A DNA stretch of 53,218 nt, filler included, from Sluysia triapertura (lineage: Eukaryota): the NCBI GenBank assembly GCA_046118255.1. It is 4 parts of 4 records of this genome, joined end to end, with 100 filler letters (N's around TTAATTAATTAA, not from the genome) between each part and the next. Parts side by side here need not be neighbours in the genome. Positions count along the whole stretch, not along the records: positions 1 to 15,794 come from JBJNIA010218807.1; 3 more parts are not named here. One strand, 5' to 3'. Positions 1 to 13,119 of this stretch are shown piece by piece. The first letter of the stretch is position 1, and every line of letters starts with the position of its first letter. The notes below the pieces were generated by a model. The model had not been told where the DNA came from. It searched no databases and saw only the letters and a program-made list of their open reading frames with translations. The position numbers were made by a program, and so were the translations under genes.

Positions 1-480
1 AATAAAACCATCAAAACACATTTATTGTGGTTAAAACAATTTAATATATCATAATTTATTCTTAAAATAGCCGTTTCTGTTGAGTGATTGAATGATTGAA
101 ACTACGTAATGTATTTACTTGCATTTTTTATTTATGAAAATACAACTAAATTTTATTCACTGACTGAATTAATGTTATAATTATAATAAATTGCTAATAA
201 TATATTTAATATAATGTTAACTCTCATATTGGAATAATCTGTATGTTATATTTATGTTAAAGTTTTATGACAATTTGTTTAATTTCAATTTAAAACTAGT
301 TACTATTTATTATTAAATTTTAAATTTATATTAACTCTATTAAGTGTCATTTTAAATTGATATAAAGCACTATAATCTTAATGATAATGATTTTAATTTT
401 ATTTTAGATAGATTTAAATTAAATGAATTTTACATTTAAAAATTGAAAAAGATTTAAAGAATGACTGAATATTATGTTAC

Positions 481-486
481 AATAAC

Positions 487-552
<66 letters not shown>
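481..552. repeat. (AAT)n microsatellite, probably the 3' tail of the adjacent LINE relic
   Basis: About 24 near-perfect AAT units, directly abutting the LINE-like 3' UTR on the minus strand. Confidence 0.95.
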
Positions 553-900
553 TTCAATTAGGCTTAATAGCCTGTTTTCGATTTCTTCTTAAAAATCAAC
601 AATTATGAAAAATCTTAAATAATTGGGTCCCTCTGGACGAGGACGCAATTACAGATATGTTAAGAGAACTAAATTTAACGCTTTCTTAAAAATAAAGTCG
701 AATGGAGGGTTACTAATTTCCTTGCAATCAATGTTATCTAAACTTTATAAAAATTAACTGAACTCTGGAATTGTTTAATTTCAATTTACCTTAACTGCTT
801 TGACAATTCAATTTGATTTATCTAATAAATCCCTCTTCGAAATTTTTATGTTATTAATGTAATTTTTTCTTTAATCGATCTCTCTTAAATTGCTCAAAGT
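553..900 (-). mobile_element. Decayed 3' end of a CR1/L2-like LINE
   Basis: The minus strand gives broken peptide VKAVK..(W)N.TIPE...LDNIDCKE, resembling the CR1/L2 ORF2 end (RVVxxWNxLP...FKxxLD). A short UTR follows with hairpin AGGCTATTAAGCCT, then a (TTA)n tail. Confidence 0.4.
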
Positions 901-2277
901 TAAGAAAAATAACAACAGCAATATTATAATTTACACGTGTATTTATTTTGTAGTTATTTGTTGTATTATTTACATTTCGTTATCGCACTACGTTTTATCT
1001 GTACGCTTTCTGCCTTAGTAATTAAGTCTAGGAATTCATGTATGTTTCGTAGTATACCATTTTTAATTTTTTTTCTAGATAGAATAATCTAATAAAAATT
1101 AGTATGTTTATTTTTATGTTAAATATATAAAAAATTTTCAATATTAATTTATGAGTGAAACTGAGAATTTTATATTCTTATTAAATTGTGAGGTGTATCT
1201 AACTACTTTCCCATGCTTTCCATTTTTTTTATACTTTATTATTTTCATAATACTTTACAACATTATACATATTTGAAAGTTATTCAAAAGCTGTATTATA
1301 AGCAAGAGTTAATTAAAATTTGGAAATAAATATGTACAAATACATATAACTAATTACTAAAAAAAGATTCTTGTGAAATTTATAAATTTTTTGAAATTAT
1401 TTTTTTTACTCATCTTCAATATATTAACTTTTTATAGTAAAATTAATTCGATATAATTAGATTTTAAGAATGAAATGGTTGGATATTCTAGCAATATATG
1501 AATCAGATTTTTAAATATTATTTTCATTATAAAATCTAAATTCATTAAGTTTTTTTGCCATTGCTGACTTCAAAATATTAATAATAGTAATAATAATACA
1601 ATAACAATAAATATATTAATTTATATTGCACTAATGTCTGCTGTAAAATACTTAATATAATATTTCTGAAATAGAAAAAAATATTTTGCCTTTTTCTTAA
1701 ATATTTCATAATTTTTCAATAATTTAACAATCTCTTGTAGACAGTTGTATATTTTTTAAACGCAAACGATATATCACCTAGCTTATTATCACTGTGAATT
1801 CTGTAATGTAAATTATTACATCTTAATGACATTTTTTGACGAATTTTTTATTATTTCCGAGATATTCGGGACATTCATAAATTAATGTAATTTTTAATTC
1901 TACTCTTACTTTTATTGGTAACCAATGTAATTCTTTAAGATAAAGTGCTATATGAACTTACTTGGAAAATTAGTCGTGCTGATTGATCTATTAATTGTAA
2001 TTTTTGCCATTTTTATATACCATTTTTAAGAACAGTAGACGTACATATATGTTTTTAAGTTTTCGGCAATTGCAGCATCATCAAGCAATCGAGATTTTGA
2101 ATATTTCGATAATTCTGAATCAGAAAGACATTCAGAAACCAATATTTATATGCATTCATTGAACCAAGAAGAAACAGAAGCGGAAAAAATGTGATTGAAG
2201 AAGTTGTGAGAGTTTTTATGTTTTGAAATAATAACCGTTCTCAAAGGGTTTTAATCTATGTTAAAGGAATATTTTGC

Positions 2278-2325
<48 letters not shown>
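2278..2325. repeat. (TTA)n microsatellite in the intron just upstream of the beta-catenin exon
   Basis: Perfect TTA run seen directly. Confidence 0.95.
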
Positions 2326-2327
<2 letters not shown>

Positions 2328-2344
2328 ATTGTATTAAAATACAG

Positions 2345-2582
2345 ACACTATCAAGTCATTTGAGAAGTCCCACGAGTTCTTCCAGATTAATTGAAAGTTG
2401 TTTGTGGAGTATCAGAAATTTGAGTGATCACACATCACATATGACAGATATGCATAGTCTTATTAAAGTTTTGACAAATATGATAACTAGTGATAACTGC
2501 AATGTAGCAACATGTGCAATAGGTTGCTTGTGTAATTTAACTTCAAGCAACGAAGAAAATAAAATCACATTTGTGGATATTG
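2345..2582 (+). CDS. Internal exon of a beta-catenin/armadillo-family gene (central ARM repeats)
   Basis: Bounded by acag| and G|gttagt. It encodes TLSSHLRSPTSSSRLIESCLWSIRNLSD...NVATCAIGCLCNLTSSNEENKITFVDIG, which parallels beta-catenin [26 protein letters not shown]...[28 protein letters not shown]. The paralogue cannot be assigned. Confidence 0.9.
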
Positions 2583-5479
2583 GTTAGTGTTTTTATGTTC
2601 AATTCTTCAGTGCACTATTTGTTATTTTTAAAAAAAACTAATTTGTTATAGAAATAATGTTTTACTTAATTAAAAAATAGAAAATCTAAGCCTTCACAAT
2701 TTGGTATTTAATATATAATGAATCACCGCGCATTTTCGACTTAAATATATTATCTGGTATATATGATCGTAAGATGGTATCATAAAATAAACTTCAAGTG
2801 ATTAGACAACACGGTTAAGTCTCAAATAATCTAAATATTTATAAATATTACACTTGGCCTAAGAGAATCCTGAACTAGTTGTTGTGATATCAATTTGTAC
2901 TTTAACATCAATTATATATCTGGACAGTTTTACGCTATGGAAAAGTTTTGCTAAATAATAATAGATCACGGAATATGCTTATTGTTTTATTATCTTGTAG
3001 TTTGGATCAAGTTATGCATTAAACTATTAGTGAGTACTAAATCAGTGAGAGATAATGTTGTAAAATTTAAAAATAGGTTCTGCAAGTATTTTCTCTTATG
3101 CAAAATAATTCTGGAATACTGTCCGACTAATCAGGCACGATTTATATCGAAAGATGACGTCCTAATTAGATTTAAAAAACGTTAAGAGTTAATTACCTAG
3201 GCAACTTAATGTGTGTGTGTCACAAAAACTAATATTAGGAGACAGTTCAAAACTTAAGGTGCTTATGTTTGTTAAACCAGCCTTTTTAGGGTCTGGTCAA
3301 TTTATTATTGATTTAGAAAAAGGTAAACTAGGAATAAATTTATTATAACCAAGATAAAATTAGTTAACAATTATTAATAAATTGTGTATACAGATTTATA
3401 TAATATAAATAAGCACTTTAGATCTTAAGAAAAATCTTAGACCGAATAAGTTTAAAATGATTTTAAGTCAGCCTTTTTACGGTCTGACATACACAATAAA
3501 AATTTAAGTGAGATTTTAGTTCTATCCAGTACGATTAGAACTTATAAAACTTAAACATAAACGCATTACTTTTTCATGGAATGAAGCATCATTTTTTCTT
3601 TCCAAGAGTTCGAATTCTTAACTGTATATTTGTTAATTGTAGATTAATTGTGTCTAAATGTTCTATTTTAACAGCTTTATATATTAATTCTTACCTCCTC
3701 CATATTGATTTGTAATATTTATTAAATTAATAAAGTAAAACAATTTTTTAATTTTACTTTCTTTAATTTTAATAATAATTACTTTCTTTTTTAATTTTAA
3801 TTTATAATAACAATAAGTATGCTTTTTAAAATAAAAATAATTAATAATATTTAATAATACCAAATAAAATGTTATTGTCCAAATAAATAAAATCCAAATA
3901 AAAATAAAATATAAATGTTTAGCCAATAGTGAGTCAATTTGTTAATTAGTAGTAAAGGTAGTAAAGCCGCTGCTCTCACAGTTCTTTAGTGATTATTATA
4001 TGTTTTGGGTTATTTAGTCTCACGTCTTAATTGCAGTTGATACTAAACTTTAATTTTCTTTGGAGTTTATTTTCAAATTCCTCTCCTTGATAAGTTTTTT
4101 AACTTGTGCTTTATGTACAACTGATAACTTTATTTATATTTCTTTAATTGTTTATTATTATTATTATAAGTGTTAACTTTATATTTATAAATTGCTTTAA
4201 AGTTTATTCTTTACGAATTAACTCGAAATTATTAATTTAATGACTCTTAATGTAAACTAAGTTTTATTTTGGTTTAATGTAACTTCATCCTAAAGAACGT
4301 GCAAATATTTTATAACTGCGTTTTAATTCAAAGAAAAATCTTAATTTTCAATCCTTTAAAAAAGAAGATTAAAAGAAAAACTTTATTAAAATATCTTCAA
4401 TAGACTAATCAAATGTAACTTTTTAAAAAATTATTCAACTTTACAATTACAAAAATTCACTTTTTCCACAAAATATTTACTAAGAGAAAAATGATACTTT
4501 TTGTTCTTTTTACACCAAAGAATTTTATATTCCTGTCTTAATTTAAAACGCTTACAAATAGTTTATGCTTATAAATATTATGCAGAACGTTTAATGCGAA
4601 ATCTAGTTGCTGAATCAAACTTATAGTCAATTATTGTTTTAAACGTTTATTTTATATCGAGAATCTAATGCTGGATCAATTCACCGTCGATTGTTTGCAG
4701 ATATTTTTTTCAATAATCTAACTTCTTTTATATTACTTTAATGATGTGTAATACATGTAGTGCATAACATATAAATACGTTATGTACTGCAAAAAAATTT
4801 TCTATTATTGATTTATTTATTAAATATTAATTACAAATTTAAAGATACATACATTAATATTCTCACAAAATTTACAATAATGTTACAGAATTAATTATTT
4901 ACAAATTCATTATATGATTAATTTAATATTACACGTTTACTGATTCGTTATATGATTAGTTCGTTTTCAATTACACAATATTACAGATTTATTAGTCATT
5001 CACGAAACTATATGGTTCACCATTATTTTCATTTTCACCCTAATTTTGTGGCTCATCTTAAATACATTTGAGTAATATCTTATACAAATACAACTAATAT
5101 TGTAGTTTCAACATTCACAATGAAACTTTCGATTAAAAGTTTACTTCATTTAAATCATACTTTTTAAATAAGTTATTTATTTAACACCTTCGCTACCGGA
5201 GCTTGTGTTTGAAGTCGACCTATTTATACTAATCACAAATTAATCAATCTCCAATGCAAAATAGTAATTATACAAATAAATATTGATCAACAAAATTATT
5301 TTATATTAATAAATATTATATCTGATGCAAAATAATTACAAATAAATACCAGTAAGTATCAACAAATCATTTTCAGTAAAATTGTTTCCAATACAAAATA
5401 ATTAATTATATTAATCAATAAGTATTTTAAAAATTATTTCTAGTAAAATTATTTTACAAATATTATTTACAAGTTCTTA

Positions 5480-5975
5480 TAATTTGATTATTCTTTGTGT
5501 TTTTAAATTTTGCTTATATATTAACTTTATTCAATCTCAATTTAGTATGATTTTATTCTATTATAATGCTTTTAAATTTTGATTACATATAATTTTGTCT
5601 ATTCTATCAAATCTTTAATTTAAGTTGGTTTTGATGGAGAATAATGTTATTTATTCTATAATTCTATTCAATCTGAATTTAATAAAATTTATCTTGTGTA
5701 TTATGATATCCTCAATCATGTTTTTATGTTCTTAAAGTTTGATTTCATATTACTGTTACTGATTCTTAGTTTAAATTATTTTAATAGTTATACTAGTACG
5801 GTCTTATATTTATAAACTTTAATTTCATATTGTCTTTATTGAATCTCACTTTAAAATAATTTATTTTTTTTATTATTAATATTATTATTTATTTTAAATT
5901 AATTTTCACTTTAAATTTGGTTGTTATTTGTTAAATTTTGAATTAATATTAACTATATGTAATCTCATTTTAAAT
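5480..5975 (+). repeat. Unclassified AT-rich dispersed repeat with degenerate ~55-60-bp internal units
   Basis: Recurring ttattcaatctcaatttta / ttataatgcttttaaattttgatt motifs. Similar sequence lies at ~200-430, ~36720-36830 and, reverse-complemented, at ~52600-52970. Confidence 0.5.
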
Positions 5976-6148
5976 TGATACTAAAGCAAATTATCTGATG
6001 AGTCGGTTCGCCTAATATATACGCTTTATACCACTAATGGAGACGTATTATTAGGATTTAATATAATTCCTTAATTAGTGCTTAACCTAACACTCTTACT
6101 TACAGACAGTTTAAATCAATTAATTAAATTAATCAAATTTATATATGT

Positions 6149-6478
6149 TGCGCAACCCTCTTTATGGTGTTGCCTTTTAAAATTATTAACGATTTCGCAA
6201 CCTTTGTTATGGTGTTGCTTAAAATAACTTTATGATTTTAAAATTTACGCAACCCTTGTTATGGTGTTTCTTTTTTAAATATGATATTTTAGATTAATTA
6301 GAGACAAGGTACTTCACTTAAATATTTATTGAACAAATATGTATCCAAAACAAAATTATCAATAAATGGTTAACAAAGATATATATGTAGTAATAATAAT
6401 GATTTTAAGTTACTCAACCTTAGTTGGTACTTGTAATTTAATGATGAAGGTTTCGCAACCCTTTTTATGGTGTTGCTT
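6149..6478. repeat. Four copies of a ~24-bp hairpin motif CGCAACCyTTnTTATGGTGTTGC
   Basis: Copies at ~6150, ~6195, ~6248 and ~6453. The GCAAC...GTTGC arms are complementary. Confidence 0.85.
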
Positions 6479-7493
6479 AAAAATTAAAATAAAGTTTTAG
6501 TATATTTTATGATTACCGTATGGTGAATCGATCCTTAAATGAAAATAAAATTACTTGCGCATGGCTTAAACTTCAAGAACGAAATAATATTCTTCCAAAT
6601 ATAATTAAAAATTTCTCAAGTCTTGATTCTAAAAATTTTCAAATCTGGATTCTAAATTCTGTGTGAGTTAACAATTTTACTTACCTATTTATATTGATTA
6701 TTTGCTTCTTCCATCATGGATTGAGTTAGTTTAAACAATTTAATTTTAATTGATTTGATAAAACAAAATAATTTTATTTTTCAATTAATTTACAATTTTA
6801 TTTTATTAATTTATTAATTTTTTTAAAATAATTCTTAATTCTATTTTCATAATTTTATTTATTTTTCAAATATTTTATTTTCTATAATAAAAAGAATATT
6901 TAAAAATAAATAAATAATTAATAAATAAAACAAATGTAAATACAATGTATAATTACAATGTTAAATTATAATTCTAACAAAACCCTTATAGGTCTTTGGA
7001 ACCTTAAGATATTTTTTAGCTGCTAACATAATTATAAATGTTTTCTTATTCATGATTCTTATTTCAACATTGTTTATAATGTTAAATCCATCACTTGTAT
7101 CAGTTCTTCCTTGATTTTATAGTTCTATATGTTTCTTGCTCATCTCCTGATTTACAGTTGGACAATCCCAAAATTATTATTTTTGTATGTTTATAATTCT
7201 GACGATTATTATTTTAATATGAGAAGATTTAAGTAAAAATATATCGAGTAGAATAAAGGAAAATAATATATGATCATAAATCATTTTGCTGTTATATCTG
7301 GTAACGTTTGACAGACCACACCATGTAACTGTCAGAGTTATTATTGTCGCTTTAATTATCAAATAATGTTGCCATAATTTGTTTGAGATAATGCTTGATC
7401 AAAAATTCAGGAATGATTGGATTGTTGGGGTAAAGACCTAAAGTGCCATTTAAATTATGATAGTATTATTCACTATAATAGAATTTTTGGACG

Positions 7494-7566
7494 GGGCTGA
7501 TAGCTCAGTGGGTAGAACATCGAACTAAGCAGCGAGATGGCCCGGGTTGGAATCCCAGTCAGTCCA
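7494..7566 (+). pseudogene. tRNA-like sequence (tRNA pseudogene or SINE head), isotype unassignable
   Basis: 73 nt. Acceptor stem GGGCTGA/TCAGTCC, A-box TAGCTCAGTGGGTAGA, degenerate B-box GGTTGGAATCCC, followed by TTTT. The anticodon stem is mispaired. Confidence 0.75.
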
Positions 7567-8554
7567 TTTTACGAAGTCTAGCAGGATGATGAGAAATTAT
7601 AATGTCAGTATTGATTTTATTTACACTGCATATATATATATATATATATATATGATTTGATGTTTTATGATTTTGTATGTGTCTACATAACAATTAAATC
7701 AATATTAATATGAATTTTTGAACATTTTAATGTGAACATTTTTGGACATTTTAATTTTAATTTAAGTATTTTATTTTTGATTTTATAAAAATTTAATATT
7801 TTATAATATAATTTTAATTCAAACGTAACTATCGAGAGATTAAATTATTTAATTTAAATTTTTAATACAAATTAATTTTGTTTAAATACAACTATAAGCT
7901 GACCTTCAAAAAAGCTGCAATAAAAATGCATAAACTCACAACAAAACATTTTCTTAAAAATATCTTTTGTTCGCTTTTCTAGCTCTAACAATTATAAAAT
8001 ATATTTAAGCTGGGTTTGCCTGTGTAACACGATTTATCGTATACGGACGTGTCCACAGGATTTTAACAATCTAAGATGAATTGTGCTTTCAAATAACTTA
8101 ACTCTTTCAGTTACCTGGTAACCTAAATCTTTTAGTTACTTGGTACTTTAATATTTTTTAATTAACTTTCTCGACCTTTAACTAATTTCAGTCCACTTAC
8201 TGTAATATTTTACTAACAATGTTTCCCTTTAAAATACAATACCTTTTAAGACAAAAAATGTTATTCTAATAAAAATGGTATTCTAATCAAGATAAAATGG
8301 TATTCTAATCAAATTTAATTACAAAAATACCGAACAAATTATGAATGAATAATAAATATAATAACAAATATTCGATTTTAAAAAATTAATCCGAGTTTAA
8401 CCCAGGATTAATTCTTGGGTGCAAAATAAAATAGATTTTATGTTGATTTTAAGGCAAAATTTATTAATGCTTCTTAAAAATTACTAGCTTACTTAAAGTA
8501 TTCGAAAAACTCCTTCGAGAGTAATGTCTTGGAATATACGGTATTTGACTTGAA

Positions 8555-8805
8555 AAGAGTCCTGGATTCACGAACAGAACTTGTTTCCAAATATTCTTAA
8601 ACAACGAACAACGTTTTCCAAATAAGATTACTCCCAAAAATTAAAACGACGAACGACTTTTTTAAAATAAAATCGTTTCCAAAAAAATTAGGACGACAAA
8701 TGACGTTTTCCAATTAACGCGGTGATAAAAGATTCTAACGTTTTCTTTTCAGTTAATCCTTTTATTTAGTTTCTCAATATTGAACGTTCAGGAGGATGTT
8801 GAACG
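8555..8805. repeat. Possible non-autonomous DNA transposon remnant with repeated ACGAAC/AACGTT-TTCCAAA motifs
   Basis: Begins GAGTCCTGGATTCACGAAC and ends near GAACGTTCAGGA. It has 3-4 degenerate internal repeats of acgacgaacgacttttccaaa. No clean TIR pair. Confidence 0.3.
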
Positions 8806-10977
8806 TATATAAGCATATAATATGTATTATTAAACCGGAAAAATATGATTATTAGTTCTCTGAAAATCAGTCCAATTTTTAACATAAATATTTAAATTAA
8901 GTTTCCGTAATTTTATAATTAGCATTTTTAACATAAATATTTAAATTAAGCTCCAGTAAACATAAATATTAAATTGTAAATTTTATAATTAGCATATTCG
9001 TAAAATATACTTAAAATCAATTATATTTTTCCGTTAACCGTTTAAACGGTTGATATAATTTATTCTTTAAAATTCACTCAAATAAAAATTATTACCTAGA
9101 GTATATTTTTAGTAACGTTTATATAAATATTACAATATCCTCTTATTTTATCTTAAATATATTTTATTTAATACGAATTGCTCCTTTTTACATTCGTCGT
9201 AATTAAAATTTGCATAGTTACACAATTAACCCAACGTTATCAACGACTAGATTTCTGTAATATTAAAATCTAAAAAATTGCAGATTACTTTTTTGAGATC
9301 TAATATGTCATTGCAATAAGACAGAAACTAAATTCTGACACCACTGCTTGAGTTCTTTAGATAGATTATCAACGTTTAACCTCCAAATAACTATTTTATA
9401 CGCCATTTACCTATTATCCATTAAGTAAGTCTAATGTCGTAAGAATTCACGTAGGATAAAATTAAAATAAACAATTATAACATATCTAGCAATAAAACGG
9501 AATACCTAAAATTTTACTTCACACAATAACGCATCATCAAGTAAGGCGAATTTAATGTTGCTGCTGTTAGATCAACACAATGGATAAACTTTGAATTTAT
9601 TTTATTTTATTATTTTAATTTTAATTAAATTAGTTTTTTTGGTAGTAGTTACCTGAAGTTATTGAGATTCCTGGCGTTAAAAGTATATTGTGCATAAGTG
9701 CTTGAATGTAATTGATGCTGATTGAATTATTAGGAATGAAAATGATTATTTCAGTATCAATATAGTTGATAGATTTGAATTATATTTTTCCTGATAGGCT
9801 TTAAGCTAAAATGCAACATTCATTTCGTTTCATTTTTGTAATTGATCTGAACCAAAAGCAACTTATGTAGCTTTAATTTCAATTTCACATGCATCTCCAA
9901 TTCGCGCTTAACAAATTATTTTACCTTGACACAAAAGTTCTGTATTCACAAGCATGATCATAGGACACATTGCCTGCAGCACAAATTTGTTTATGTGCTG
10001 CAAACATAAACTTGATTTGGCTTGCAAACATTGTCGAATCCATTAGTATTTCACGAGTTTGAAAGGCATTACGATAATTTTTGGCGTAAATTCTCATTAT
10101 TCTTCTGTTTGGTTCTTGATAAGCGTTTAAGTGATACTACACATTCAGATAAAACATGATACTTAATGTATAACCAAAAATATTCACCTTATCAGTTTTC
10201 TACATCCATCAAAAATTTTCCTCCTTAAGTTGCATTGACTCAAAAGTTGCAATTGAATTGGCAACTGATATTCTAAATTACCATCGTAACCACAAATTAT
10301 GTTAATACATTTATACTATTGTTTTATTAAACAATGACAAATCTCATTTGCACGAGGATTTTACTTATCCAATACTACAGCTATAATGCAATTACTGTGT
10401 AGATGGTTAAAGTTGTCTCTATGTATTTTGGTGTTTCAAAACATTTACAGCAATTGACGCGATATTTTGTTGATATTTAAATAATGTAAGCTAATAATCA
10501 ATATATAGCTGTTTAATTATCTGCAAACATCATATATTAATTAATAATTAAATTTATTCGTGACACATTATTCATATAATAAATTAAGACACCCATTTAA
10601 TGAAACTCATTAAAAAATTAATGCTACTTAGTATTTTATTTGTGATTGCTTTATTAAAAAGTTACCAAAAATAATTTCCAATAATACTTTAAAAAAATTG
10701 TATCAAGTAGATCTATATATCAACTTGTAATTAATATGTTTGCAAAGTTTAGTGAACTTATATTTTTGAAATTTATAGTCTCATTTGAGGTCAAATTTTA
10801 TTGTAAGCAGTTGCCTTGACAATTTTATAATATAAAGTTATGCACATTCGCAGCTATTTATTATATTTACCACACAACCTAAGTAAATAAACTATACTGC
10901 TTGTATAAATTGTATTGTAGAAAACTATTTTACTTAGTTTATTGATTTATTAAAAATATTTCCAGTATTTTTATACA

Positions 10978-11562
10978 ATGGATGAACAAACGTTTATGAT
11001 GTTTTGTGATTCTACTAAGAAAGGAAGTAAAACTATGACTGATAAAACTTTAAAGAAAGTTTGTACTGATTGTAAATTATATACTAAAACATTTACTGCA
11101 AATGATGTTGATATTGAATTGAGAAAATTCATGGGAAATGCGAAAAAGTAATGGTTAATATTACAGATTATGTTAATGTTGTTAGAGAAATTAATTATTC
11201 AGAATTCAAGAACTTTTTAACTGATACTTTTATTCCTGCTTATGCAAAACGAAATAAATTGGATGAAGCTAAAGCTACTGCTGAAGTCAATGATAAAATA
11301 CAAAAAGGTTCGCCAAAATCTCATGGAGCAACTGTAAGATTGATTATTAAATATCCATTAGTATTAGAAAGAATCTGGAGATGATGCAACAAAACGATTA
11401 ACTGATGTTAAAGGTTACACTGGAGCTCATAAAGAACGATTTGATGCAGATACGGGAAAAGGTAAAGGAAAGGAAGGTCGGGAGTATGTTGTTGACGATA
11501 AAGCATCTTCTGGTTATGTGGGAAATTATAAAGGTAAAGATACTTATGATAAAACTCATTAA
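10978..11562 (+). CDS. TPPP: Tubulin polymerization-promoting protein (p25-alpha family), complete; exons 10978-11147, 11186-11333, 11368-11562; 170 aa
   Basis: Removing two GT-AG introns (38 and 34 nt) gives one open frame [18 protein letters not shown]...KVCTDCKL...[29 protein letters not shown]...[16 protein letters not shown]. It contains the hallmark p25-alpha RLTDxxxYTGxHKERFD and GKGKGxxGR motifs. Confidence 0.96.
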
Positions 11563-11884
11563 AAGCACAATCTATATATTATAATAATTTTAGTAGTTGT
11601 TTCTTTGTCAATGTATCTTATAAGCTTAATGGTTTGTTTTGTTTATTGCTTTTTTGATTAATATATTACGAAAATTAGTTTTAATATTTTTATAAAGGAT
11701 ATAAATGAATTTAATTAATTATTTGCTCAAAATCGAATTATTTTTGCACTAAATCCGAAAAATAGTTTTACCATAAAGATCATAAATTAGTGTGTAAAAA
11801 TAATAAATGAAAATATCCTTAGTAACCTAATAAGGTATTTAAAGTATTTAAAAATAAAATAATTGTTGCTGATATTAACTATGG

Positions 11885-12330
11885 GTTTAATGTGGTGGTA
11901 GTTAACATGAAGTAGAAAAATGAATCAAAGAGGTGAAGGTGAAAACATCTAGAAGCTCTTGAATGTCTTAGTACCTTAATAAAATCTTTAGAATAAAAAT
12001 TTGAAAACCTTTAAACATAAAATAAGATTAATTAATTAAAATCTTTATTAACTTAATTAAGCAAAAGTACGTTTTGTGAATAATATCTGAATGCGGAGTG
12101 TTATATATTTTTTAAAGACTTCGAGAAGGTATGGGTTGACCGAGTTCATGCAAGGAAAGCCTTAATATTGAGCAAGGCCAAATTTTAATTAATTCTTATT
12201 TATGGAAAGTTGAATTTTTAATACTTAGAATGATAAAAATATAATGAATTGAATATGAGATGATTGTTATTAGAGAGGAGAATCTAGAAGTGAGTTTGAA
12301 ATATTTGTAGAATGTGTTGAATTAATATTA
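11885..12330 (+). repeat. Dispersed repeat family B, copy 1
   Basis: Colinear similarity to 19020-19470: gaagtagaaaaa..ggtgaaggtgaaa, aacctttaa.cataaaataaga, agttcatg.aagga, gaggagaatctagaa. Confidence 0.75.
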
Positions 12331-13119
12331 TGTTTAAGTTAATATTTAAAATATTTTCGTTTACAATCAAAATATGTAAATTATATATGATCAATATTAA
12401 ATTACAAATGTAAATTATAAAATTAAAATTAACAAATACAAAAATCAAAATTGAAATAGATTAGAAAACAAAATTACGTCATTTTACAAATATTGAATAT
12501 AAGAACAATATTCAATGCAAGAACAATGGTCATAAGAGACTATAATAATAATGATATCTACGATAATGGTAATGACAAAAGCCCATTGTTATTATCGTCA
12601 TTATTGTAGTGGTCAACACTCACAACTTAAAATTCATCAAAACATTATATTCAACACTCATAATTCAAATTTCACTAAAACATAGTGTCTAAAGCAATCA
12701 CACTTCATAATATCGAACTACATCAACTCAATCATCATAAACAACACTCGACATTTATAATATCTCATCAACTCATATATACCAACAATTCGACTAACAC
12801 TCTCAACCATCCACTTCACAGCATACTCTGATAATTAATCCCGAATAATCCACAACATTCACTCAAAAGCTATTTTATCAAACAAACCACAACCATAATA
12901 TATAATACAGAAACCATAAATACACAAACACCATTTAACAACGTTAACAAGTACCTCAGACATAGAAAACATTTACATTAAAATCTCTAACCAACTACAC
13001 CAAACTAAACCCACTTCATTTACACATGTTCATTATCAATACTCATTTTTAACGACACTACAAATACACTAGGATTTATTTTGTAATAATAAACTTAACT
13101 TAACTTAACCAAGTAAGTA

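Noticed and set aside
3684-3926. Hydrophobic/Lys-rich ORF, and similar ORFs at 2982, 7177, 19306, 32187, 36451, 41876 and 49879
   Set aside because: Low-complexity I/L/F/K/N/Y translations expected from AT-rich DNA or repeats, with no recognisable motifs.
5990-6030. CTGATGAG followed by a short stem, resembling a hammerhead ribozyme core
   Set aside because: The required GAAA after stem II is absent (GCCTAAT), and no stem I/III partner is evident.
6149-6478. CRISPR-like repeat-spacer pattern
   Set aside because: Eukaryotic context, irregular spacing, degenerate repeats and no cas genes. Kept only as a hairpin cluster.
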